Shown piece by piece: positions 27,588 through 37,039 of a stretch of 64,000 bases of DNA. A program made the position numbers and the translations under genes. The notes under the pieces were generated by a model. The model saw only the letters and a list, made by a program, of their open reading frames with translations, had not been told where the DNA came from and did no database searches. The first letter of the stretch is position 1; each line of letters starts with the position of its first letter. The stretch comes from Thermoanaerobaculia bacterium (GTDB lineage Bacteria > Acidobacteriota > Thermoanaerobaculia > Multivoradales > UBA5704), in contig DASYKS010000041.1 in NCBI GenBank assembly GCA_035995205.1, positions 173,671 through 237,670 of the forward strand. Reading direction: 5' to 3'.

Positions 27588-28718
27588 ATGCCCTCTCGAT
27601 TGCGCGCCGCCTTGTGTTGGGTCGTCGTTCTCGCCGCCTTCTCGGTTCCCCCGAGCCTTCGGGCTCAAAATGACCCGGAGACAGCGCTTGCTCCGGCCGG
27701 GCAGCCCCTTTCGTCCGACATCGGGGACGCTCCCGCGCCGGCTCCTCTCGCCCAGCCCATTCCGCCGCCGTCGAGCTTGGCCGCGGTGATCGGAACGGAG
27801 CCCGCTCCCAACGATCCGGTGCTCCACCTCGTGACCTCGCACAACCAGACCTATCCGCATCGGGCCGGGCTCCACGACCGGGTGACGGTCGAGATCAAGA
27901 ACATCAACCAACTGCTCGCGTCGGTCGGCAACGACTGCTCGCGCCTGATCCTGTTCATCGACGGGGTTCCGCTCACCGGAACGGCTCCCGAATCGTGCAA
28001 TCCGCTGCTCGGACGGGTCCGCTTCGAGCTCGACCGCACCGAAGCCTCGGACAACGGCTGGCGCGCTCTGCTCGGCAGCCCTACCGGCTTCGTGCGCAAG
28101 GTTCCGGTAAGCATCGGGCCGACCGGCGGTTTTCCGATTTTCACCGCGGTCCGGGAATTCGAGCTGCGCCTGCTGCCCACCACCGGCTTTTACAGTTTTC
28201 TCGGCCTGCTCAGTCTGGCGCTCCTGGTTCTCCTCTGGCTCGCGAGACGCACGTCGCTGCTGCGCGACCCGGGTCCTCCGGGATCCCTCGGCGCCTTCAA
28301 CCTCGGGCGGATTCAGCTCGCGTTTTGGTTCTTCCTGGTGGTCTCCGCTTTCGTCTTCATTTGGCTGGTGACCGACGAGGTCGATTCCGTCACCGGCTCA
28401 GTGGTCGCGTTGCTCGGCATTGGCTCGGGCACGGCGCTCGGTTCGGCGATCATCGACAGCGACAAACGCGAGAACGCCGGGCAGACTGCTCCGCCGGCCC
28501 GCACCTCGTCCGGATTGATCCGCGACGTCTTGCGCGACGACCATGGGAACTTGAGCTTCTACCACTTCCAGCTCGCGGTCTGGACCCTGGTGCTCGGCAT
28601 CATCTTCTGCGCCTCGGTTTACGACCGCCTTTCCATGCCCCAGTTCAACGGTACGCTGCTCGCCCTGCTCGGCATCAGCTCCGGAACCTTCCTAGGAGCG
28701 AAGAGTCCGAAGGGGTAG
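27588..28718 (+). CDS. Hypothetical secreted/membrane protein
   Basis: A Shine-Dalgarno sequence (aaggagga) lies 7 nt before the ATG. It has a signal peptide MPSRLRAALCWVVVLAAFSVPPSLRAQ and three or four C-terminal TM helices. Confidence 0.5.
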   Translation: MPSRLRAALCWVVVLAAFSVPPSLRAQNDPETALAPAGQPLSSDIGDAPAPAPLAQPIPPPSSLAAVIGTEPAPNDPVLHLVTSHNQTYPHRAGLHDRVTVEIKNINQLLASVGNDCSRLILFIDGVPLTGTAPESCNPLLGRVRFELDRTEASDNGWRALLGSPTGFVRKVPVSIGPTGGFPIFTAVREFELRLLPTTGFYSFLGLLSLALLVLLWLARRTSLLRDPGPPGSLGAFNLGRIQLAFWFFLVVSAFVFIWLVTDEVDSVTGSVVALLGIGSGTALGSAIIDSDKRENAGQTAPPARTSSGLIRDVLRDDHGNLSFYHFQLAVWTLVLGIIFCASVYDRLSMPQFNGTLLALLGISSGTFLGAKSPKG

Positions 28719-28780
28719 GGGAGAGGAGGGGGAGAGCAAGGCTGAAGGCTCGTCCCATCGCAGGACACTCTCCGACTTTG

Positions 28781-29095
28781 CACCGTGGCATTGGAGATTG
28801 CACCGGTGCAACGGAGTTTTGTAGTGGTACGCCGCCGTTTTGCACAGGTGCGCTGGAGAATTGCAGGGGTGCCCCGGCATTTTGTACTCGTGCAATCCGT
28901 CTGTGCACATGTGCAATCTCGCAGTGCACTCGTGCAATCCGCCAGTGCACATGTGCGCTGCGATTTTGCAGTGGTGCGCCGGCATTTTGCACCTGTGCAA
29001 TCCGACATTGCACTTGTGCACAGCCGCAGTGCACACGTGCATTCCGATTTTGTAGTGGTGCACAGCCGCAGTGCACCTGTGCACAGCGCTGTGCA
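28781..29095. repeat. Phased tandem array of about 15 copies of a 21-bp palindromic unit (consensus TGCACnnGTGCAAnCCGnnnt)
   Basis: There is an exact 21-bp period over at least 14 units. The core is TGCAC-nn-GTGCA with a variable tail. All six frames are open across the array. Variation falls on positions that would be codon positions 1-2, not wobble positions. The array sits in the convergent gap between the 27588 gene and hxsC. Confidence 0.8.
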
Positions 29096-29338
29096 CCTGC
29101 CTCCCGCGGGATGCGGCCCGCGGCCAGAACGCGGCGGAGCGGATCCAAGAATCGGCGTACAAACAACAGGAAACAAGAGACTTCGGCCGAGATCCGATGC
29201 GTCGATCCCGGGGAACGCCGCGCTGCGTCCCGGATGCGATGCTCAAGCTCCCCCCTTAAACGCCCTTCATGATGGGGCCGCCCATCTGCCGCAGTCAAGG
29301 AAAGTGCCTGCATTCCCTAGGGGAGCGCCTTGGGTTGC

Positions 29339-30514
29339 CTAAGGGCGGATCGGGGTGGCGAGGAGCCGAAGGGTTTCTCGCCTTTGCACCGCGGAGGCGA
29401 AAAACCCGCCGCACTGGTTGCGCACAGTACAGCCTGTGCAAGCCGCGAGGTACTCGTTCTTCCAGTCGGAGATCGAGCGCCGGCAGAACCGCCAGAGACT
29501 TTTGGGCACGGCGCAAAGCGGATGGTTGTAGATCGACACGTGGAGACCCCGGGCAGCGAGATGGAGCGTCGCGGCCTCGAGCGCCTCGGCGTAGTCGCGC
29601 GGATCGATCCAGAGCGCGTCGAGGTTCTTGACCGCGAGGCCGATCGGTTCGAGCCCCATCAGCGCGATGTGGGCGGCAAAAGGAAAGTTTCGATAGATGA
29701 ATTCGGCGGTCGGCAGCAGGCGCTCGACCGTCATTTGATGAAGGACCACCCGGATCTCCACCGGAACGCCGAAGCGGCCGAGGTTTTGGAGGCCAATCAC
29801 GGTTTGGCCGAACGCGCCGGGCGCTTCGACGACGCGATCGTGCTCGACGTCCAAATCCGAGTAGAGCGGCACGCCGACCATGAGATCGGGATGCTCGATC
29901 TCGCCAAGCTTGCGCGCGAAGGAACCGTAGTAGAACAACCGGCCGTTCGAAAGGATGTGAAGCGCCGTCGCCGGGAGGAGATCACGGCAGCGTTCGACGA
30001 TTCGCAGCAGGTCGTCCCCGAGCAGCGTCGGCTCTCCCCCCGTGATCCCGAGCTCGCGTGGAATGTCGGACGGCGCGCCGCGAGCGATCAGCTCGATCAG
30101 CCGCAAGTGCTCGACGATCCGCTCGCGGTCGTCGATCTTCCTAGGCGGCTGCGAGCACATCACACAGTAACTGTTGCAGCGGTCGGTGGTAAAGATCGAA
30201 TTGTGAGGAGAGCCGGGCCGAAACAGAGTGCGCACGCTGCCGGTCGGCTGGAGGGCCACGATGTCGCCTGCCGAAAGGTGGTCCAGGAACCGGGCGCGCG
30301 AGATGGCCGGCACCGTCGTGGCTGCGTCGGGCTCTTCCCCGTCGGTGAGAATCCCTGCATAGCCCTTGAGGTCCGGGTCGCATTCGCCGTCGTGCAGCAG
30401 CCGCACCGTTTCTCCTCGCGCTTCGTGTTCGGTCGGCGCGAGCGAAATCCGGCCGAGTACGTTGGCCCGCAGATTGGGCGAGGCGTGGCCCTGGGTCTGG
30501 AGTCGGAGACTCAC
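29339..30514 (-). CDS. hxsC: Radical SAM enzyme, His-Xaa-Ser system maturase (HxsC-like; B/C assignment tentative)
   Basis: CNSYCVMC (CxxxCxxC) lies near residue 95. The GTG start overlaps the stop of the upstream radical-SAM gene (GTGA). The long Arg-rich N-terminal part of the ORF-track frame is rejected. Confidence 0.7.
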   Translation of the reverse strand: MSLRLQTQGHASPNLRANVLGRISLAPTEHEARGETVRLLHDGECDPDLKGYAGILTDGEEPDAATTVPAISRARFLDHLSAGDIVALQPTGSVRTLFRPGSPHNSIFTTDRCNSYCVMCSQPPRKIDDRERIVEHLRLIELIARGAPSDIPRELGITGGEPTLLGDDLLRIVERCRDLLPATALHILSNGRLFYYGSFARKLGEIEHPDLMVGVPLYSDLDVEHDRVVEAPGAFGQTVIGLQNLGRFGVPVEIRVVLHQMTVERLLPTAEFIYRNFPFAAHIALMGLEPIGLAVKNLDALWIDPRDYAEALEAATLHLAARGLHVSIYNHPLCAVPKSLWRFCRRSISDWKNEYLAACTGCTVRNQCGGFFASAVQRRETLRLLATPIRP

Positions 30515-32010
30515 GCGGGGACCTCTTCTTCGAATCGGGGAGTTGGCACCCCGGTCGCCCAACTCGTTAGCAAGTCGATCTCGAATCGATCTCCCGAGCG
30601 GAGGCGCTCGAAGAGGTGGCGAAGAATCCCCATGTTCTTGGCGCAGAAGGCGCTGGTCGGCCGATGGCCGATCGGGTCGCCCTGGGTGCGATGGTGGAAG
30701 ATCGGGTCGCCGCCGCAGAAGGGGAGGAAGGCGCACCGGTTGCAGCCGGGCAAAGCCTCCAAGACGGAGCTTGCGACCAGCGACCGGAGCGTCTCGCCGC
30801 CGAAGATTTCTTCGTACGAATCGCGGTGGACGTTGCCGAGGCGGAAGGTGAAATCGCCCATCTCGGCCAGCATGCGCGCCTCGTCCGAGGCGTAGACGTT
30901 GCCCTCGTAGTTGTAGACCACGGCGCCGATTCCGGCGCCTCCGGGAGATTGAAGATCCACGTAGTGCGTGGGAAACGGCATCAGCATCTTGGACAGGAGG
31001 ATCTGCGCGTACACCTCTCGGATCGGCGTCCCACGCCGGTTCCAATCGATGATCCGGTCGAGGGCGACGCGGTAGAAGTCCAAGAACTGAGAGGTCTGGT
31101 AGCGCGCCGCGGCCCCCGTTCGAACCGCGAAGCCGTACGGGCTGATCGAGCGCAGGAAAATCGAGTGAAACCCGAGCCGGACGTATTCGTCGACGATCTC
31201 CCGCGGCTGCGTCAGGCTTCTCTCGGTGGTCGTCATCAAGGCGGACACCCGATCGTGACCGAGCGCCTCCCGGGCGCGCGCAAGATTCCTTTCGACCAAA
31301 GCGTGGCTGTCGCGTCCCGGCCGAGGGCGGTTGGCATTATGGAGAGGCGCCGGCCCGTCGAGAGAGGTCGAGAGCAAGATGGACCGCTCCTTGAGATACG
31401 CGAGCATCTCGTCGTCGAGCGGAGCGAGGTTGGTCGCGATCACGAATTCGATCTGGCGGCTTTCGGTGCGATTGCGTTCGAGAACCCGCTCGACGATGAA
31501 ACGGATCAGGTCGAACCGCAGCAGCGGCTCGCCGCCCTGGATCTCGACCTTGAGCGTCGGAGAAGGGCTGCGAAACATCAGATCGATCGCCCGCTCCGCC
31601 GTCTCTTCGCTCATGTCCCAGCGGGAGCCCTCCTTGACGCGCGAGACCTGGCAATAAGGGCAAGAGTGATCGCAACGCAGGGTGACCACGAACAGGTGCA
31701 GCCCGGTGAAACCCGCAAGGAAACTTTTGTTCGTCCGGTAGCGCGTCGCGAGCAGATCGATCGCGAAGGTGGGGTCGCCGTCCGAAAGGAACAGTTTGGA
31801 CTTGAGCTCTCGATAGCCGGGCGAGGTCGGCGGCAGCCGGTGCCCGATCAGAGCCTCGAAGCTCGGCGCATCCAGGAATGCCGAATCTCCCACGTCATTG
31901 ACCAGCAAGACCTCTCGCTCGTTCCAGCGCTCGAAGCGAAAGGGAAGGAGTCGATAGGCCGGAGTCGAAGACTCAGCGAAGTCGGCCGATGCCAAGGGGA
32001 TCCTCGCCAT
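30511..32010 (-). CDS. hxsB: Radical SAM/SPASM-type enzyme, His-Xaa-Ser system maturase (HxsB-like)
   Basis: CDHSCPYC (CxxxCxxC) plus a C-terminal Cys-rich SPASM-like region (…LPGCNRCAFLPFCGG…). It is co-operonic with hxsA/hxsD. Confidence 0.75.
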   Translation of the reverse strand: MARIPLASADFAESSTPAYRLLPFRFERWNEREVLLVNDVGDSAFLDAPSFEALIGHRLPPTSPGYRELKSKLFLSDGDPTFAIDLLATRYRTNKSFLAGFTGLHLFVVTLRCDHSCPYCQVSRVKEGSRWDMSEETAERAIDLMFRSPSPTLKVEIQGGEPLLRFDLIRFIVERVLERNRTESRQIEFVIATNLAPLDDEMLAYLKERSILLSTSLDGPAPLHNANRPRPGRDSHALVERNLARAREALGHDRVSALMTTTERSLTQPREIVDEYVRLGFHSIFLRSISPYGFAVRTGAAARYQTSQFLDFYRVALDRIIDWNRRGTPIREVYAQILLSKMLMPFPTHYVDLQSPGGAGIGAVVYNYEGNVYASDEARMLAEMGDFTFRLGNVHRDSYEEIFGGETLRSLVASSVLEALPGCNRCAFLPFCGGDPIFHHRTQGDPIGHRPTSAFCAKNMGILRHLFERLRSGDRFEIDLLTSWATGVPTPRFEEEVPA

Positions 32011-32329
32011 AGTCGCCCTCGTCGCGGAGAGAATCCAGAAGATTTCCCTCGGCGAAGGCCTGGGCCACGATCAGGTCGCGAATCGGCGCCATCTCCAAAT
32101 CGAGAGCCGTCCGAATCTCCTGGTCGATCAGCTCGTTGCGGAAGATTCCGGCGATCGACGGGTCGAGCGTTCCCTGCCGCGCACGGAAACCGACGACCAG
32201 CAGGTTCGGGTTCCCCGGATCGCGCGAGAGCGAGACGTAGGCTCGGTCGGTGAGTCTGTAACAGGCCTCGAAGATCGCGCGCCGCGAGTGAAGGGCTGTA
32301 TCGACCGAGACCTCGATCTCGTCGTTCAT
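31973..32329 (-). CDS. hxsD: Small His-Xaa-Ser system-associated protein (HxsD-like)
   Basis: A 118-aa protein. …IFRNELIDQEIRTAL… resembles the LLNDYxLRE signature of the HxsD family as I remember it. Its start overlaps the hxsA stop by 4 nt. Confidence 0.6.
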   Translation of the reverse strand: MNDEIEVSVDTALHSRRAIFEACYRLTDRAYVSLSRDPGNPNLLVVGFRARQGTLDPSIAGIFRNELIDQEIRTALDLEMAPIRDLIVAQAFAEGNLLDSLRDEGDYGEDPLGIGRLR

Positions 32330-33057
32330 TTCGTGTTTTTCGCCGGGTCGATCGTGAACCGCAGCGCGACGCGCCTGTGGCTCTCATACGTCCAGTTGAC
32401 CACGACCTTCTGGCCGACGTGGAGGGGGAAGGCTTGCGGGGCGATCGCGAGAAGCTGGTCGAGCTGGATTTTCAGCTCGCTCGGTGTGTACACGACGATT
32501 TCCACGGTCGGCGCGTAGTAGAAATCCTCCACAAGGCCCGAGGCGAGCTTGGCGGTCACCTTCCTCTCTTTCAGGTCGATCGCCTCGATCGTCACCGAGG
32601 TATCGATCCCCACGTGGGCTCCGCCCGGCGAGAACGGCCTCGGCTTGACCGGAGGCGCGGGCGGTTCGGGCGTGGCTCTGGGGGTGTAGAGCGGAGCTGG
32701 ATCGGATCGGGGAGTCGGCCGACTCGGGGCTGGCGAGGGGCTTCCGCCCGAGCCGGAGTAGTGCGAAGCGTGCGAGCTATGCGAAGAGTGAGAGCTGTGC
32801 GATCCATGACCGGAAGACCGCTTGAGCCCCAAGCCGCCGAGCCGGAGGACGAGCTTGCCCGGCTTGCCTCGCCGGTCGCGGCTCTCCAGGATGGGCTCGG
32901 CGGTCGGCGCATGCCTCTCGACGGTTGCTGCCCCGGCGTCGACGTTCGTGCCCAGGCCGAGCACTCCGAGGCCCGCGACCGCCGTGCGGCGGAGGAGCCG
33001 ACCCCACGAGGCGAATCGCTTGGCGGGGATCTCACGTCGATCTTCGGGTCCGGGCAT
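32326..33057 (-). CDS. hxsA: His-Xaa-Ser repeat protein (HxsA-like putative precursor/substrate)
   Basis: An N-terminal signal-like segment is followed by …SSGHGSHSSHSSHSSHASHYSGSGG…, which is six consecutive His-Xaa-Ser triplets. A Pro-rich linker and a C-terminal folded domain follow. Confidence 0.75.
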   Translation of the reverse strand: MPGPEDRREIPAKRFASWGRLLRRTAVAGLGVLGLGTNVDAGAATVERHAPTAEPILESRDRRGKPGKLVLRLGGLGLKRSSGHGSHSSHSSHSSHASHYSGSGGSPSPAPSRPTPRSDPAPLYTPRATPEPPAPPVKPRPFSPGGAHVGIDTSVTIEAIDLKERKVTAKLASGLVEDFYYAPTVEIVVYTPSELKIQLDQLLAIAPQAFPLHVGQKVVVNWTYESHRRVALRFTIDPAKNTK

Positions 33058-33224
33058 CGCGTTCCTGGACAGATGTCCTGAAGGAAAACGCGAGGTCGGC
33101 GCCTAGAACGGCTCACCTGCCGCAACCTTCCCCCGCCCGTCCGCGTACCAAGTCCCGAGGCTCTCACGCCCATTTCGGCCCGGCCGTCCGGCCGCCGGCC
33201 TGATCTTGCTTTTAGGAGAACGGT

Positions 33225-34748
33225 ATGACCAGGAAGTCCTTCGTGTTCACCGCCTTGCTGCTGTTTTCGACCGCACTGGCTCGCGCGGAGGGTGCGCCCG
33301 CCGCGGCGGGGGAGGCGAAGCCCACTCCGAAGTCCGAGCAGTCGGTCACCCAACACAGCCTCGCGATCGACGGCAAGGCCTTCGCCTATACCGCGACGGC
33401 CGGGACGTTGATCGTCCGGAACGGCAAGGACGAGCCGGTCGCGAGCATGGGTTACACCGCGTACACGAAGAAGGACGCGGATCTGGCGAACCGGCCGATC
33501 ACCTTCGCGTACAACGGCGGCCCGGGCTCGTCGTCGATCTGGCTGCACATGGGGGCGCTTGGGCCCCGTCGGGTGGTGACCGTCGATTCCGGCCCGACGC
33601 CGCCGCCTCCCTATGACGTGGTGGACAACCCGTGGAGCGTGATCGACAAGACCGACCTGGTGATGATCGATCCGGTCGGCACGGGCTTCAGCCGTGCGGT
33701 GGGCGATGCCAAGGACAAGGACTTCTGGGGCGTCGATCAGGACATCGAGTCGATCAGCCGGTTCATCAAGGAGTACGTCTCGACCAACGGGCGTTGGCGC
33801 TCGCCGAAGTTCCTGCTTGGCGAAAGCTATGGCTCGACCCGCTCCGGCGGCATCGCGAAGTATCTCGAAACCGAAGTGAACATGGGGCTGAACGGCGTGA
33901 TCCTGGTTTCGGTGGCGCTCGACATCGAGGCGATCTTCGCTTGGCCGGGCAACGACCGGCCGTATCCGCTGATCCTCCCTTCGTTCGCCGCGGTGGCCGC
34001 GTTTCACAAGGCGTTGCCCAATCCGCCGGGAGAGCTGGAACCGTTTCTCGACGAAGTCCGCGCTTTCGCCCTGGGCGAATACTCGGCGGCGCTCGCGAAA
34101 GGCGATCGCCTGAGCGATCCCGAGCGCGACGCCCTGGCCGAGAAGCTCCACCGCTATACGGGGCTCTCTGCCGACTTTTGGAAGCGCGCCAAGTTCCGCG
34201 TGCGCGAGTCGCAGTTCACCCAGGAGCTGCTGCGCGGGAAGGGCGAAGTGGTCGGCCGGCTCGACGCGCGATTCCTCGGCCGTTCCTATGATCAGCTGGC
34301 CGAAGAGGCGGACTACGACCCGCAGTCCGCGGCGATCTCCGCCGCCTTCACTTCGGCGCTTTTCGACTACCTGCACAACGACCTGAAATTCGGCGACGGC
34401 AAGACCTACAACGTGTCCAGCGACCAGGCCGGACGTTCCTGGGACTGGAAGCACAACACCGGCTGGTTCGTCCCGGTGCCGATTCCCAACACCGGCATCG
34501 ACCTCGGCGAAGCGATGGTCTACAACCCGAACCTGCGCCTGCTGGTGCTCAACGGGCTGTACGACCTCGCGACGCCGTTCTTTGCGACCGAGTCGATGAT
34601 CGACCATCTCGGCCTGCCCGCCGACCTGCGCTCGCACGTCGAGATGAAGTACTACCCGGCCGGCCATATGATGTACCTGCACGAGCCGTCGCTTAAAGCT
34701 TGGAAGGCGGACATCGCGGCGTTCATCGACGGCGCGAGCCACAAGTAG
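33225..34748 (+). CDS. Secreted serine carboxypeptidase (peptidase S10 family)
   Basis: Signal peptide. …LLGESYGS… is the catalytic Ser motif. Overall length and order are S10-like. Confidence 0.8.
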   Translation: MTRKSFVFTALLLFSTALARAEGAPAAAGEAKPTPKSEQSVTQHSLAIDGKAFAYTATAGTLIVRNGKDEPVASMGYTAYTKKDADLANRPITFAYNGGPGSSSIWLHMGALGPRRVVTVDSGPTPPPPYDVVDNPWSVIDKTDLVMIDPVGTGFSRAVGDAKDKDFWGVDQDIESISRFIKEYVSTNGRWRSPKFLLGESYGSTRSGGIAKYLETEVNMGLNGVILVSVALDIEAIFAWPGNDRPYPLILPSFAAVAAFHKALPNPPGELEPFLDEVRAFALGEYSAALAKGDRLSDPERDALAEKLHRYTGLSADFWKRAKFRVRESQFTQELLRGKGEVVGRLDARFLGRSYDQLAEEADYDPQSAAISAAFTSALFDYLHNDLKFGDGKTYNVSSDQAGRSWDWKHNTGWFVPVPIPNTGIDLGEAMVYNPNLRLLVLNGLYDLATPFFATESMIDHLGLPADLRSHVEMKYYPAGHMMYLHEPSLKAWKADIAAFIDGASHK

Positions 34749-34795
34749 GATCTTGGGGCGTGCGCGGCGGCCGGCCCGATCGAAAAGAGTTCGGA

Positions 34796-36697
34796 TCAAA
34801 GATCGAGCCGGCCGCGCCACCAGACCACGCGCGCCTCGCTTCGGTAGGCCGCAAGGCCCGGGCCGCCGAAGCGTAGGCGCACGACGCCAGAGGGCGCGCC
34901 GCCATCTCCCCAGAGCGCCGCAAGCTCCGCCGGGTTGCGCGCCGCCGGGGCGAGCAGCCAGCCGCCCGAGGCGGTCGCCGGCACCAGGCGCCAGGTCTTC
35001 TTGCCGCCGTCGGCATAGGTGGTTTCGGCGAACAGCGGGGGCACCCGCCAGAGCGCGGCGGCGAGGCGACCGCGCGCCGAGGGCTCGATGTGAAGCTCGG
35101 CAAACAGCCAGCCCGGACCGCTCGGCACTTCGAGCGGCTGCGCGAGCGCGAATCGAGAGTCGCCCACCTTTTCGAGCTTGAACGCCCCCGGTCGCGTCCT
35201 CTTGTGGAGGACGATCCAGCCCGGTCGCGGCCGGCGCGGATCGAGCTCGTACCGTTCGAGAATCGCCCGCCAGGTTTCCGGCGTGTCCCAAAGCATCTGG
35301 CGCCGATCGATCGCTCGGTTCTCCACCAGCAGCAAGTCCGCTCCGCTCCCGGCGCGGAAGTGCTCGGCGTTCCAGCGGTCGAGGCGCGGCGTATAGGCGA
35401 GGTAGAGCTGGAGCGTCGGAGTGGGTACCCAAGGGAGCGAATTCGCCGCGATCAGGCTCAGCTCCAAGGGCAGCACGTCGACGCTCGATCCGGCGGCGCG
35501 AATCGGCGCCAGGAACGCTTCCGGCAGCCGGGACGGGGCGAGGGCGCGGCGCTCGATCGCCGCGAGCCTCCGCCGGGCCGTCTCGGGTTGGAGCGCCGCG
35601 CTCAGGTTTTCCACGCCGCGCACGCCGAGCGCCAGCTCGTAGCGCGAATTCTCGGCCGGGCCGGCGAACGAGATCGCGGCCGGCAGGGCCACGACCAGCG
35701 CTGCGAGCCAGGCCGCGAGGCTTGCCTGGATCTCGTCGCTCCGCTCGGCGAGCAGGACGCCGAGCGCAAGCACGGCCAGCAGGAACGACGGGAAGATGCT
35801 CCCGTGGCCCCCTTGGCGCACCAGCGCGTGGCGGAACGAAAGGATCAAGACCGGCAGCATCACGCCCCAGAGGGGAGCGAGCGCGCTCCGGGTGCGCCAC
35901 GCGTAGACCCAGAGCGCGAGGATCGCCAGGAGCCCGAGGAGATCCGCCGCGACTTCGAGATCGGAGCCCGCCACGGCCATGGCGACCGGAAAGCCGCTCG
36001 CGAGATCCGCCTGGAAGCCGAGCCAGGCGAGCGCCCAGCGCGGCGACTCGAACGCCAAGGGAATGGCGAGCGCGATGCTCGCTGCGAGGGCGCCGAGCCC
36101 GGCCGCCACGCTCCGCCAGGTATGCGGCGGCCGGCGCGCCGCGAGAGCGACCAGCCAGGCGGCGAACAGGGCGAGCGCGCTGATCCCGAGGCTCAATTTG
36201 ATCAATCCGAACAGCGTCACGAGCAGGCCGCCCGCGATTGCCGCGATCGGCATTCGGTTCGGCCGGGCGACCTCGGGGGCGATGAGCAGCGCGAGAGCGA
36301 ACAGCAGCTGGTACTCGTAACGGAGGCCGGCGAGGTGGGCGACCAGCAGCAGCCCGGCGAACGCCAGGCCGCGCTTCGGCGAAACCCGCCGAAGCGCCCG
36401 GGCCAGCGCTGCGGCGAACAGCGCGTAGAGGAAGAGGCGGAGCGCCAGAATCGTTCCGGCGTTCCGCGCGGTGGGCAGGAGCACCGGACCGAGCGGGCCG
36501 TAGGTATAAACGACGTCCCGGCCATGGATGAGGCTCCGGGCGGCGGCGATCTCACTGATACCGAACGCGTACGACGGATCGAGTCCGGGGCCGAGCGAGC
36601 CGCGGGTGCCGGGAAACAGGAAGACGACCAATCCGAGCCAGACGACGGCTCGGAGCGCGAGCGGCCAGACTTCTGAGGGCGGAAGGAATTTGCGCAC
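34796..36697 (-). CDS. Large polytopic membrane protein, unknown function
   Basis: At least 12 hydrophobic segments. It has no recognisable catalytic motif. Confidence 0.55.
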   Translation of the reverse strand: MRKFLPPSEVWPLALRAVVWLGLVVFLFPGTRGSLGPGLDPSYAFGISEIAAARSLIHGRDVVYTYGPLGPVLLPTARNAGTILALRLFLYALFAAALARALRRVSPKRGLAFAGLLLVAHLAGLRYEYQLLFALALLIAPEVARPNRMPIAAIAGGLLVTLFGLIKLSLGISALALFAAWLVALAARRPPHTWRSVAAGLGALAASIALAIPLAFESPRWALAWLGFQADLASGFPVAMAVAGSDLEVAADLLGLLAILALWVYAWRTRSALAPLWGVMLPVLILSFRHALVRQGGHGSIFPSFLLAVLALGVLLAERSDEIQASLAAWLAALVVALPAAISFAGPAENSRYELALGVRGVENLSAALQPETARRRLAAIERRALAPSRLPEAFLAPIRAAGSSVDVLPLELSLIAANSLPWVPTPTLQLYLAYTPRLDRWNAEHFRAGSGADLLLVENRAIDRRQMLWDTPETWRAILERYELDPRRPRPGWIVLHKRTRPGAFKLEKVGDSRFALAQPLEVPSGPGWLFAELHIEPSARGRLAAALWRVPPLFAETTYADGGKKTWRLVPATASGGWLLAPAARNPAELAALWGDGGAPSGVVRLRFGGPGLAAYRSEARVVWWRGRLDL

Positions 36698-36753
36698 GCG
36701 CTGAGGACTATACCCGCGCGGGGGAGAGGGCGAGATCGGGGCCGATGAGACAT

Positions 36754-36793
36754 AAAAAAAAGGCCGGTGCGCCTCGCGGCGTACCGGCCTTTT
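36754..36793 (-). terminator. Rho-independent terminator of cspA
   Basis: Stem ggccggt/accggcc with a GC-rich interior. On the minus strand it is followed by an 8-nt U-tract (A8 on plus). Confidence 0.6.
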
Positions 36794-36829
36794 CCCCTAG
36801 CTATTGGAAAAGCTTCGGGTTCTTCGGGC

Positions 36830-37039
36830 TTAGCCGATCTTGACGACGTTCTCGGCCGCGGGGCCCTTCTGGCCCTGGACGATGTCGAACTGGACCCGCT
36901 CGCCCTCGGCGAGGCTCTTGAAACCCTGAGCCTGAATCGCCGAGTGATGGACGAAGCAATCCTTCTCGCCATTGTCCGGGGTGATGAAACCGAAGCCCTT
37001 AGTGTCGTTGAACCACTTCACAACGCCGGTGGTACGCAT
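36830..37039 (-). CDS. cspA: Cold-shock protein (CspA family)
   Basis: [36 protein letters not shown]… shows canonical RNP1/RNP2 motifs. Confidence 0.9.
   Translation of the reverse strand: MRTTGVVKWFNDTKGFGFITPDNGEKDCFVHHSAIQAQGFKSLAEGERVQFDIVQGQKGPAAENVVKIG

Noticed and set aside
28781-29095. CRISPR array
   Set aside because: The units are contiguous and degenerate with no unique spacers between identical repeats, and no cas genes are nearby. The same applies to the 42-bp array at 52985-53640.
28619-29342. Six overlapping ORFs across the 21-bp array, including a tempting x-H-x-C heptad peptide co-directional with the hxs operon (a possible second radical-SAM substrate)
   Set aside because: All six frames are open because the palindromic unit lacks stop triplets. 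Conservation is at the DNA-palindrome level, with variable bases at would-be codon positions 1-2 and a fixed third position. No credible start or RBS was found. I therefore treat it as non-coding, though not with certainty.
32592-35900. 1102-aa minus-strand ORF spanning the hxsA, S10 peptidase and membrane-protein region
   Set aside because: Arg/Pro-rich with no domain features. It overlaps three well-supported genes on both strands and is a GC artefact.
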